A DNA stretch of 63,041 nucleotides, the filler included, from Asterionella formosa (lineage: Eukaryota), in NCBI GenBank assembly GCA_002256025.1. It is 9 parts of 9 records of this genome, joined end to end, with 100 filler letters (N's around TTAATTAATTAA, not from the genome) between each part and the next. Parts side by side here need not be neighbours in the genome. Positions count along the whole stretch, not along the records: positions 18,550 to 36,996 come from NKIB01004029.1; positions 37,097 to 55,539 come from NKIB01004035.1; 7 more parts are not named here. One strand, written 5' to 3'. This document shows positions 34,443 to 46,600 of this stretch, piece after piece. The translations under genes were made by a program, and so were the position numbers. Each line of letters opens with the position of its first letter. The stretch's first letter is position 1. The notes beneath the pieces are model-generated. The model was not told the DNA's origin and made no database searches. It saw only the letters and a program-made list of their open reading frames with translations.

Positions 34443-34530
34443 CAAGTTGCGGTAATTTTGCTTAAATAAACAATTTAATACGGGATAAAGATAGCTAAAG
34501 TTTTAGTTTCGGCACAATTACTGCAACTTG
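34443..34530. mobile_element. 88-bp MITE family copy 4, CTG target duplication
   Basis: CTG|CAAGTTGCGGTAATTTTGCT...AATTACTGCAACTTG|CTG. Confidence 0.9.
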
Positions 34531-34544
34531 CTGCTTTTGTGACG

Positions 34545-34770
34545 TTCGGAAACCTTGTTTCTAGAACTTGCTGACTTCGTCCTAAAACTGACTGAAAATC
34601 TTCTCAGAAAATCTCCGAGTTTCATGGCGAGGTAAAATAACAATGATCGTGTCGGACTGCTATCACCTTTGATGCCCTACCACAGTACATGTACCGGTAG
34701 TATTATACGGGCATCAAAGAAATTCTATGAATGGCAGCAACATTGTGTACTGTGGAACAGTTCCAGTTCT
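34545..34770 (+). promoter_or_regulatory. Putative heat-shock elements upstream of HSP20
   Basis: TTCTAGAA (34559-34566) plus further GAA/TTC units 70-300 bp upstream of the HSP20 ATG. Imperfect matches only. Confidence 0.3.
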
Positions 34771-34837
34771 CATTTTTTGTCTCATAATTTCAGGAAATAA
34801 ACATTCTCCTCTGTCAAAACCATAACAACACTCTATC

Positions 34838-35443
34838 ATGAAGTTCAATACTTTGCCAATCGTACTTGCTCTTGGTGCCTCTATTCCTTCCACCCTGAGC
34901 TATTCCTTTGGTGGCTTGCGTTTTGTGCGCCCTTCTGTGTTGGTGTCTCGTCCCACCGACACTTTCTTTGATGAATTTAATGATTTGCGCGATGCATTGT
35001 TGGTCAATCGACGAGTATCATCATCCCGTCCAAGCTTTGAGATTATCAACACTGACGAGAAGTTTCAGATTGCTGTGGACGTTCCTGGAATTAATCCAGA
35101 TGACATGGATGTTTCCATTGATAACAATGTCTTGACACTTTCTGGTAAACGTCAGGAGCAAAGCGACAACTACAGTTATTCGTCCAAGTTTTCTCAGAGC
35201 TTCTCGTTGGATCCCACCATTGATACTGACAAGGTCACTGCCAGTCTCAGCCATGGCGTCTTGACTGTGTCTGCTCCCAAGGAATGGAAGCAGGTGACGG
35301 ATACGGTCAAGAAGATCCCTATTACTGGTGCAGCTGAGACTGAAAGTGCCAAGATTGACGTTCTTCCAGCGACCGAAGCATCCCACAAGGTCGAGGTCAA
35401 GGCTGCCAATGATGTCACAGAAGCACCTGCTACTACCCACTAA
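34838..35443 (+). CDS. HSP20: Small heat shock protein (HSP20/alpha-crystallin domain) with N-terminal signal peptide
   Basis: FQIAVDVPGINPDDMDVSIDNNVLTLSGKR...FSQSFSL...VTASLSHGVLTVSAPK, and the C-terminal IPI motif. Confidence 0.95.
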   Translation: MKFNTLPIVLALGASIPSTLSYSFGGLRFVRPSVLVSRPTDTFFDEFNDLRDALLVNRRVSSSRPSFEIINTDEKFQIAVDVPGINPDDMDVSIDNNVLTLSGKRQEQSDNYSYSSKFSQSFSLDPTIDTDKVTASLSHGVLTVSAPKEWKQVTDTVKKIPITGAAETESAKIDVLPATEASHKVEVKAANDVTEAPATTH

Positions 35444-35923
35444 AAGCAGGAGCCAGTCGGACGCATGCATAACTTGGGAGATTTCCCCTTCATTCAGTTC
35501 ATCGTCGCGCTTACTATAGCAAATTCATAATGATTTAGGAGCATTCATTTTAGAACAGGAAGCACTTGAACTCTGCTGCAGTACTATACATTCCATTTTA
35601 GACCTTCATTATCGTAACCTTTAGCCAAGACAATGAGAGTGTGACCTTAATATTGCCAAGTATACATATAAACCGTCGATATAATTTTTGCTTGTGCTTC
35701 GTTTCTCTCGGCCTCGTTTCATCCAGATCATCAATGACGTGACGCTTCGCACAGCATTACTCGGTTTTGTTTCAACTATGACACTTTCTAATGTCGATAA
35801 AAGGTAATCACTCCGTCATGAGGATGCTGGACATGTTGTGTTTTCGCGATGCAGATAGTACCGGTAGAGAAGAATGAATGTATAAAACAGTAATGATGTC
35901 GAAGGGAGTACCTGGTACCGGTA

Positions 35924-36996
35924 CCACTTAAAAACTGTAAGCCACCGCAACGGCGACTTTTGAACTGTAAGCCACCGCTAAACGGAGTAAACGCACGGTT
36001 TGAACTTAGTTTACAAGATACGCTATTTATTGTCACGAACGAGTTGTTCAGATTTATATAGCGAGTAAATACTTCCGTACTTGTATTGTTGCATTGTGTA
36101 CATTGTTAATTAGGTATTATCGCCCAAAGGTTGCTGTCGACGTGAAATTGCGAAAATTGGATATTTTCACGTTTACTCGATTGAGCAAGCATCACCTTTT
36201 ATATACGTATTCAGGTATGAGAATATTCCTCCTCTAGAAAACTAATTTAGTATCCTCTAAAATTTATTTAATATGACTACGACGGCATTGCGCTTTCGCT
36301 CGTGCGCCATAATAAAGAGATAATTTCATTAATGGAAAACGTCAAATAGGAATTCCTGGTGCGCCCGAATTATGAGTACAAAAATTAAATGCAAACATAC
36401 AACAATCACCCATCACCCATCACCCATCACAACACCAACACCATGACCTCGAAAGCGCCTCGACAAGGCAATGCCTTGCCTCGAAAGAAATTGTCTCCTG
36501 AAGAGTTGGTCAGTGTTCAGTTTTGTCTTAACAATGTGATTAGGGAGCTATAAGCTAAGAAGGCTAAGAATGGTGGAAAAATGCCTTATGGTGCTATTTC
36601 TAGGACAGTATCAGCTAAGCAATGCATTTTCCCTTGGATATCTGTTAACCAAGTGAAGAATGAACTAAAACAAAGTGCTAAACTAGAAGTTAAGTCTAGT
36701 ACTACTAGTATGTATACTACTTCTGGTTCGTCCCTCTTTCAGCCATCAACTGCAACCATGGTGTCTACATTGACACCTGACCATTGTGGCCCTACTAAAC
36801 CCCAACTCTTGAATGCTGATGGCAGCTTTGCCTTGTTATTTCCCAGTAATCTCATTCATAATTCATATAAAATTGTCGAGGAGGAAGAAGATGACAACAA
36901 TGAAGGTGTGAGTGAGCATTATGATAGTCAGTTTACAATGATGGGCACTTTGGCATATGAAACTGGAAACAATGGTGTGCTTACCTGGGGAAGTTT
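35924..36996 (+). mobile_element. Left part of a pogo/Tc1-like DNA transposon with a degenerate transposase N-terminus (contig end)
   Basis: TA|CCACTTAAAAACTGTAAGCCACCGC, with the 16-mer AACTGTAAGCCACCGC repeated at 35933 and 35963. ORF from 36443 has one in-frame stop and contains NGGKMPYGAISRTVSAKQCIFPWI, similar to the remnant at about 2340-2430. Confidence 0.55.
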
Positions 36997-37096
36997 NNNN
37001 NNNNNNNNNNNNNNNNNNNNNNNNNNNNNNNNNNNNNNNNTTAATTAATTAANNNNNNNNNNNNNNNNNNNNNNNNNNNNNNNNNNNNNNNNNNNN

Positions 37097-37221
37097 AAAG
37101 AAATATAGCACGTTACTTTGTCTATGACAAGAAAATTATTGGGTGTTTGGTTCCACCTCGAGAAAAATGTACAGGGGGGTCCAGCAACCATAGGGGGGGT
37201 CCAGGACAATGAAGTATACGG
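37097..37221. mobile_element. Probable right end of a pogo-like DNA transposon
   Basis: Repeated AGGGGGG(G)TCCAG units ending GAAGTATACGG|TA (reverse complement TA|CCGTATAC, a pogo-like terminus). Confidence 0.35.
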
Positions 37222-37617
37222 TACCTGATACCAGGGTACCAGTACCGCTATTATACTATTGCATGATTTATATTACTACGGTATACCGGTAGTCTAGTAC
37301 AGTGGTTTTTAGGGATATCCCGATGTGATGGTCGTCACCACGGCAATTCCTTCGGGACTAGAAAAGCCCTATTTCGACAACGACGCACTCCCACCATCAC
37401 CACCGAAAAAATGGTTATGATTTTCACTGTTGTAAAATGTATAAAATGGATCATCGCTCTCCCAGTAGTGAAATGATGCGGTATGTAGATTCGAGAAAAA
37501 TAAAAACAACAAATACTGTCTCACAATTTCATTCAAGATTTGCTGACTGCTCCTAAGACTGCAGCAAAGAAGTGTGACACTAAGGAAGTACGTCGCCCCT
37601 GAACGCTTGCAAAAGAA

Positions 37618-40600
37618 ATGGCAACTACAGCAGGAAGAAACATGAGCGACACTCAAATGAAGGAACACGTCGAATCCTACCTGAGACGAATCGACGCTGC
37701 ACTCGTCGTCTTGATTAACGAGCCTCCTCCCACAATTGAACTCGGATCTACCACCATTCACTCTATTGCTGGCCACTTGATACATGCGTTTTCACCTGAA
37801 AATTTGGGCCTACCTCTGCCACTTGCGATTAGACCAAAAGAACTAGACATGATGGTCGACGACGACGATGACAACGACGGCGAAGAGATCGACGAAGTGA
37901 ATGTAGTCAATCCACCAGAGATACCGACAAAAAGAAGTAGACTAGATTTTTTACGGCACATTTTTCGAGCCATGCCTCCGATTGCCATGGATGTGGCTGC
38001 TATTGTTTGTGACATGGTAGTGGATAGCACTTCACGTAACATTTCCAATCAACACGGCATGACTACCTTTCTACTTTTTTCCGCATGGCTTCCGATTGCC
38101 CCTCAGTTGACACCTCTTATACAGGACTTGTTTTACTTGATAAAAGTCAGCCCGTTAGACTGCTCCTCGGTGACAGTTAGTTGTATCTCCATGGACAGGC
38201 TAGAATTCCTCGTTGCACAAGCCGCTCATTGCCTGTTTGAGTTTTTTTGCAAACGCGGTGAAACGTGCAATTGGTGGCCACTTGGGCCTCTACACAGAAT
38301 GTTGGTTCGACATGATATCCACATGGAGCTAGTACCAAAGAATAAGTGGTCGCTTGTGTATAAAGATGCAACTAGGTGGCATGCGGCTCGAGCCATCGGT
38401 TTCAACATGAGATTTCGGCCATTGGAGTTTCGAACATATCTAGCGAATTTGGACGTTAGTGAGGATATTCCAGTGTGGGTGTTACATCCATGGATTACAG
38501 AAGACGATGATGCACGGCAGCAACAGCATTATGTGAATGGCAATATGATCCTTCTGGATCCAAACAGTCCATATCAACTACCGACTGCAGCTGATGTTCG
38601 ACGCATCATCCCTCTCCATAGAACGTTGACGCATACAGGCCAAGGAGTCACGTTTTTCAAGCACTATCCACTGAGTCAACCTGTAATGGACGAAGGAACC
38701 AATAAGAAACGACTCATTCTCACTCCTACTACTTTGAGGAATTTGTCACTCATTGGTACAGCCCTTGCTGTTGACCCTTATCCACAACCAGTGCTCATTT
38801 GCGGTCCACCAGGATCAGGGAAATCAAGTTTAGTACGAGAATTGATTCAAAACTTTACTTCAGAGGAATTGCTAGAAATTCACGTGGACGAAGAAACTGA
38901 CAGCAAAACTTTAGTTGGGTCATACACCACCACCGACATACCCGGCGAATTCACATGGCGCCCAGGTGCCTTAACAAGAGCAGTACGATCTGGAAAGTGG
39001 GTTTTAATGGAAGATGTGGATACCATTCCCATGGAGATTCAAGCAGCTCTCGTGAAACTATTGGAAAACAGGCTGTTGTACTTGGGTGGTGGCAAGTATG
39101 AGTCCTGTCACCACAACTTTCGCCTTTTTGGGACTTGTACGTTGCCACATGATGCAGGACGAGCCGAGAAGCATACTTTACGCATGTCAACGTATGGTAC
39201 TGGTGGGAAAAAAGTGCTGCATCCCAATTTGTGGACCAAGGTTCACATGAATCCGTTGCCATTTGTGGAGCTGCAAGAGATTGCGCAATCGCTGTACCCA
39301 AATATTCCCCCCTTGATCGCAAGATCAGCCTTGGCTATTTTTCAATCATTGGATCAAAGTGGCAGGGAAAACAGGCTGACACCGTACGTTGAAGGCGATG
39401 GCGAGATTTCGGAAACTGTTATACCTAGATTTGATAGTTTTCGTACTGGACGCCATGCCTCAGTCCGAGACTTTCTCAAGCTTTTATCGAGAATTGCCTG
39501 TACTGTTCCCTTTGAAAGGAATATAACGTATGCAACTGAGAATCAACGGATTCTTTGTTTGGCAGAAACCGTGGATATTTTCGCGGCCTGTTGTCCTGAC
39601 AAGGAGCAGCGACGTGAATTCATTTTTAGAATCGCCGCGCCAATTTGGGGTATCACGGCCGATTTTGCTCAACGATACATCGAAACACGACAACCCCTAC
39701 TCACTCGAGGAGAAACCTATACTGAAGTTGGTCGGGCAAAGATTCCAATTCCGCAAAAATTGTTGGCGATAACGCCGACAGACCAAAATTTCGCATCAAC
39801 AAGTTACGCACTTCGATTGATGGAATCGATTGCTGTTGGCATTGTCCAGAATGAACCTATATTGTTGGTTGGAGAAACGGGCTGTGGAAAAACCAGTTTG
39901 ATCCAACAACTGGCTCGATCTTCAGACCGTGAGTTAATCGTGCAAAACCTTTCCCTTCAAACAGACTCGACTGATTTGCTTGGTGGTTACCGTCCATTGG
40001 AAACTCGACAAATTGCGCGACAGGTTTACATGCAGTTCGTGGACCTGTTTTGTTCGTGCTTCTCGAGAAAGCAAAATGCAGATTTTCTCAACTTCGCTTC
40101 AACTGTTCATAAGAAAGGAGAGTGGAAGAAATTGTCCCAGTGCTTTCAACGGGCTTCGAAATTAGGTCTGAAGAAAGTTCACGAGCGCCAAACGACATCA
40201 AGTAAAGATCGAATGGCGCTCCGAGCGTGGTACGAATTCTCAGAAACGGCAGAACGATTCGAGAAACAACGACTAGCCTGTGATACTGGGCTCGCTTTCG
40301 CATTTACTGAAGGTGTTCTAGTTGACGCGATTCGAAGTGGAAAGTGGGTCTTGCTAGATGAATTGAACCTCGCGTCATCAGAGACTTTACAACGACTATG
40401 TGGGCTACTTGACGACTCCTCAGGGAGCGTGACATTGACGGAGCGAGGAGACGCAGAAGCTCTTACAAGACACCCCGAGTTCCGATTATTCGCAGCCATG
40501 AATCCAGCAACGGACGCTGGAAAGAAAGACCTACCATCAAGCATCAGGTCAAGATTCACTGAAATCTATGTCGATGAATTACTAGACCCAGTGGAGCTTC

Positions 40601-43600
40601 GAGTTGTTGCGGCGAAATACTTGACGGGAGTTGTCACAGCACGCAATAAACCCCTTGAACATTCTGACACCGTCGTAACACTAGTTGACGTTTACTTGAA
40701 ATGCCGAGATCTTGCCGACAAGACGCTGGTTGATGCAACTGGGCAACGTCCAAGGTATACGTTGCGCACACTTTGCCGAGCGCTTAGCGCATCAAAGAAC
40801 CTTATTGCCAAACAGAAGGTGGGTCTCGCTCGCGCGATTTTTGAAGGTTTCGAACTCGCCTTCGAGGGCCCTCTCGATGCAAAGTCGCTCACTACTATTA
40901 GACAGCTGTTCAAAGCAAGCTTCGGCCAAGCTATATCGCCAAACGAAACTGAGCAACCAGGGCGAAGGCCTGGTAATGAGGGCGATTATGTGTTACTCAA
41001 GCCATTCTGGATTATTGCAGGACCGTTGGACCTCGAAGATTGGTCTGAATCGTCTGCTTCCGGTAGACCAAAATTTATCCTCACCAAATCAATGGCTTCC
41101 AACCTTCGACGGCTTGTCCGTGCTTGTGCTTCAGGCCCGTGGCCTGTGTTGTTGGAAGGACCGACTAGCGCAGGAAAAACAACACTAGTTGAGTATCTCG
41201 CTGCAAGATGCGGACATCAAGTTGTTCGAATAAACAACCATGAGCACACTGATGTACAAGAGTACACAGGCGCATATGCCGCCGATTCCAATGGTTCCCT
41301 ATCATTCCGAGACGGAATTTTGGTTCAGGCACTCCGGCAAGGGCATTGGGTGATCCTAGATGAGTTAAACTTGGCCCCAAGTGAAGTGCTTGAGGCTCTT
41401 AATCGCCTCCTCGACGATAATCGCGAGCTTTTCTTACCAGAAATTAATGAAGTCGTGAAGCCTCACCCAAATTTCCGACTTTTTGCAACTCAGAACCCTT
41501 CTGGTGCGTATGGAGGAAGAAAGCCACTCTCGCGGGCGTTCCGTAATCGATTCGTCGAGATTCACATGGGTGATATTCCATCAGATGAAATGATTACAAT
41601 CCTTGAACTTCGATCGCAATGTCCCCCTTCGCACGCAAAGGCGCTTGTCAAAATCATGGCAGCGTTGCGAACGCGGAGAAGTAAAAGTGGGGTCTTTTTG
41701 GGCAAAGATGGTCTCATTACACCAAGAGACTTGCTTCGATGGGGAGAGAGACGCGCCGGTTCCAAAGTTGAGCTCGCACAAGAAGGATATATGCTTCTTG
41801 GCGAGAGACTCAGAAGCGAAGAAGAGCGCTTCATCGTGAAGGAGGAGATTGAAGCAAATCTGAAGGTTAAGATTGACTGTGACAGTCTTTACTACGGTGA
41901 GTCGGCAATTGCCAGAGAATTCCTTGCTCGGAAAGTTGAGTCGGACCCTTTCAGATCGAACTCAATTGCAGCAACTAGGTCGATGCTACGTTTGATCTCC
42001 TTGGTTCTTCGGTGTATTGAACAAAGAGAACCTGTTCTTCTTGTTGGAGGTACGTACTTGCAACGTTTTGAGGGTCAAATTATTTCATTCCACTCATTTT
42101 ATGCTTCCATCAATAGACACTGGCTGCGGCAAAACCACTGTTGTACAGTTATTAGAAACGATTTTGAATAGAAAGCTGTACATCATCAATTGTCACGCAA
42201 CTTCAGAGACCAGTGATTTGATTGGGGGACTTCGCCCCGTTCGAGGTCGTGGTTCGATTCGCCGCGACATGCTGGCTATTTTCAGAAAGATTTGGCTCTC
42301 CTATCCCTACAAGGACGAAGTGCATGTTTCCATGATGCCTGATTTCGTCTTAAAAGATACAGATGAGTCAAAATGGGAAAATGACCCCAAAGTATTAATT
42401 GAGATGTCAAGAGCATGGAGAGGGAAGCTGGAAGAAAGTGGAGTCGATAAAAATAAGAAAGTTTCGAAGCGTCGAAAGTTGGATGATGGAAGTCCACAGC
42501 ACAATATGGAGCATGACAACTTCTTGCAAATGATCAATGAGTTAGAAGTACTTTACCGGCGACATACAGCTCCTTTTGAATGGTGCGATGGTCCGTTAGT
42601 GACGGCAATGCGTGGTGGACACATGGTGTTACTTGATGAAATGAGCCTGGCAGACGATGCAGTGCTAGAGCGTCTTAACTCTGTTTTGGAGCCCACAAGA
42701 ACAATTGTTTTGGCAGAAAAGGGCGACGACGGCCTTGGTTTGGCAGATACAAGTCATATAGTGAGAGGACATAACAATTTTCTCATCTTTGCTACCATGA
42801 ATCCTGGAGGTGACTTTGGCAAGAGAGAACTCAGTCCAGCATTGAGAAGCCGATTCACCGAGATTTGGGTTCCCGCTATAAAAGATCCGAAGGACATCGA
42901 CTTGGTTTTATCAAGCATCCTCTTATCGAAGTTACCAGATCATCATTATTCAGCGCTGAGAATCAGTATCCTTGACTATGTATTGTGGTTCAACTCGTCA
43001 CTCTGCGGCAACTCTTCATCCCCTTTTTGCGATTTAGTCCTTTCTCTTCGAGATGTAATTGCATGGGCACACTTTGTTGTGGAAGCAAGCGAAAGAATAC
43101 ATTCCCTTGATATATGGGAGACTTATTGCCATGGAGCTTGCCTAATGCACTTGGATGGTCTTGGCCTGGGCACTGGTTTATCAACCATTGATGCTGATAT
43201 GGCAAGGTCAAGCGCATTCGATTTCCTTCTCTCACAAGTTCCGAATTCCTCCACTTTGTCATGCAGAAAAACACTTCAACCGGATGTCTATGATAATATT
43301 TCCACAGAACACGAATTTGGGATTCATCCTTTCAAAATTCCTATGGGTCCAAAAGCGAGTATTGGATTCGGCTTCAATTTTGCAGCCCCCACTACAGCGA
43401 AGAACTTGCAACGGGTGCTCCGTGCAATGCAGATATCTAAACCAGTACTACTTGAGGGATCTCCTGGCGTCGGGAAGACCAGTCTAATCTCAGCTTTGGC
43501 AACTGTCTCTGGGCACGAGCTTGTCCGAATCAACTTGTCCGAGCAAACCGACATTTCTGACTTAATGGGCAGCGATCTTCCCGTTCCCAGTGATGATGTT

Positions 43601-46600
43601 GAAGCAAGCGCTGACGCGAAAACTGCCGGCTTCAAATGGTGTGACGGCGTCCTGCTGCGAGCCATTAAGAATGGCGCTTGGGTATTACTGGATGAGTTGA
43701 ACTTGGCGTCTCAATCGGTCCTTGAAGGGCTGAACAGTTGCCTAGATCATAGAGCTGCAGTTTTTATCCCTGAGTTGGGAGAAACATTTCACTGTCCGCC
43801 GTCCTTTCGCATTTTCGCAGCCCAAAACCCGTTGGCACAAGGTGGTGGACGAAAAGGCCTTCCAAAGTCATTTCTAAATCGATTCAGCAAGGTCTATGTA
43901 GATTCCCTCACCCAAGGTGATCTAAACGCCATTGTTGCTTCGAAATTTCCCTCCATTCCCTCGGAACTGGCACAAGCGATGATCAGTTTTAATAGTTCTG
44001 TACACGAGCGTGTTGTGAATCGTGGGGAGTTTGGAAATGCTGGCAGACCATGGGAGTTCAATTTGCGAGATGTCTTTCGCTGGTGCGAATTGGTGGAGGC
44101 GCTGGACAATTCTGAAAATCTTCAGGACTCTGTTTGCAGTTTCGCTCGTGATCTATACTTACAGAGGTTTAGGTCAGTAAGCGATCGATTGGCACTCCAG
44201 GATTGTTATCTGGAGTATTTTGGCACAGAAAGTATCGCCGTTGAATCGAAGGGTATTGCTTTTCAGGATGATGGGTCTTGCCAGATCGGGACAACAAACC
44301 TTCGCAATTGCTCGTCATGCCAAGACCAATCAATTGCACCCCCTTGCGTCAACGATAATCCGCTTCTGCGCAGCTTGCTAGATCCGATGGAAGCTTTGGC
44401 TCGTTGCATTAATATGAAATGGCCTTGCCTTTTGGTAGGGCCGTCGTCAAGTGGAAAGACAACCTTACTCCAGGCAATGGCTACCCTCGCAAACGCTACT
44501 CTTGTGAATATTTGCTTGACACCTTCAACTGATGTAAATGAGCTGGTTGGTGGATTCGAGCAAATAGATACAAGGAAAGACACGAATACAGTGCTCATTA
44601 AACTGAAGCTTTGCTATGAAACTGCCTCAAAATACTCAATGGGAACTGATGCAGAGTGCAATGTTATTGATGAAGTTTCTGCTTTGATGACCAACTTCAG
44701 AGATTTTTCCAGGAAAAAAGATTCCAATGACGAAGGAATGAACATCGATAAGAAGTTGGCATTTCAGCTCATAGCATTGTTTGCAAGCTTTGCAGAGCTA
44801 AATCATAACTTCCGCGAATTTTTCGATCGTGACATTGCATTGCTATCGAAAGTCGTGGACAGAGCGGCATCCGCCTCAAATGGAGATGGGCACTTCAGTT
44901 GGATAGACGGGGTTTTAGTTGAAGCGATGACAAACGGCTACTGGATTCATCTCGAGAATGTGAATCTTTGTCCTTCTTCAGTTCTTGACAGATTGAACCC
45001 AATCATGGAGAGCGGTGGAGAGCTCCTATTGAACGAGTGCAGTGCTGGCGATGAAAACTCAGGCCAACGGGTTGTAGTTGCACATACCAACTTTCGGGTT
45101 TTTCTATCGATGAATTCTGAATTTGGTGAAGTATCAAGAGCGATGAGGAATCGTTGTGTGGAGATTGCACTAGTTGACTCTAGTGTAAGGACTGACGCTG
45201 ATAATGAGGATGTTGGAAGCGTATTTTCTCTATCTGCCATGGATATTTTCGATGTACTTTCGACCAATGGCATTCCTTCCATGGAAGTTGGAAGCAAGCT
45301 GAACACTCTTCATCGAAAGGAGCTTTGCCAATCGATGGAGGCCAGAGTTGAAGCACCCGTCGTAAAAAATCTCGTCAGTGCCGGAAACGGGTTTCGTAGC
45401 CTTCAAGATCGGGGGTTAAGTGTCGGACCATGTTATGCGCTTTCAAGTCAAATCTGCTATGAATATCCCAACGCACGGGAATTTCAACCCTGGCCAAGCT
45501 GCATTATCCCGTCCTTTTCTCTTCACACGCCAACTCTTCGATGGGATTGGTGTTATCAACCAAACGTATCCATTCATCGCTTTATAGGCAGGCTACTTCG
45601 ATCCATTGTTTTGTGTTCCCAGTCGGAATGCAGTTCTACGAGGTCTATTCTTCCCACTTGGCTAACGCTTCCTCAAGGAGGTAGCCTTGCCAACTTTGCG
45701 AACCCACCATGTAATTCGTCTACTCAATTATCAAGGGCAAGCTCCATGTTTTTTGTTATGGCGCTGTACAGCGAGAAGGAATTGGAGGGATCCATCGCAC
45801 ACTATCAATTTACGTCATCGTACCACAGCTACCTTGCAAATGGGATAGAGCTGATAAGTTCCATGATCAAGACGAGTTCACATTTTTGCGCTCGCCATTG
45901 CAGTCACTTGGCAGTTGAATTCGCGACATACCAGGCGTTGAAGGTTGTAGAATGCGTCGATTCGAGATCTCCATGTTTAAGCCCTATAGAAACTTCATTC
46001 TGTTTGTTTGAGGGAACGTTGGATCGCTCGTCAGTCATTTGCCCGGTGACACCTACGCTGTATCCTGTTTTTCGGGCGCTCGATGACTTCATGTTTGAAG
46101 TGTTAGGAAAAGAGGGACACTTGAACTCAGAGTCAGGAGTTGGGGCTGCTGTCACTTCACTTTTGACCAGGCGAGATCAATTCTGGGATTTCCTTCGGCG
46201 CACTGAAGGGAATCAAAACAGATCGCATTCGTTTTTGGGTTTTGATGAAGGAGGATTTATAATTCAATGGGTTTGGCTCAAAAAGCAATACAATAATTTG
46301 ACAAATCACACACAGATGCTGCACGATTATAAACGAAAGCAAAGCTTGGATATTCTAGTTGAAACGATCGACCGAGTGGTTTTTGATTCATCCGGCGATC
46401 TTCAATCAATTGCAGATTCAGTATGGAAATATGGGGGGCACCCAGTGATGCCTTCGTCGCCGCAACACTGGGAGATCATTTTACGCCTTCGCCGGGCTGG
46501 ATCATCGCGCTCGCTAGTTGAAGACATTCGCTTCAATGGAAGTATGATTGGTTTGAACCAAGAACAAATCGAACTTGGTGATTTGATTGGTGTCCATCAT

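Noticed and set aside
20080..35443. Functional cluster or operon of plastid-targeted genes
   Set aside because: The products are functionally unrelated and mixed in orientation, and plastid-targeted genes are common enough in diatoms to co-occur by chance.
35924..37221. One pogo element spanning the gap at 36997-37096
   Set aside because: The ends lie on different concatenated contigs and their terminal sequences do not match.
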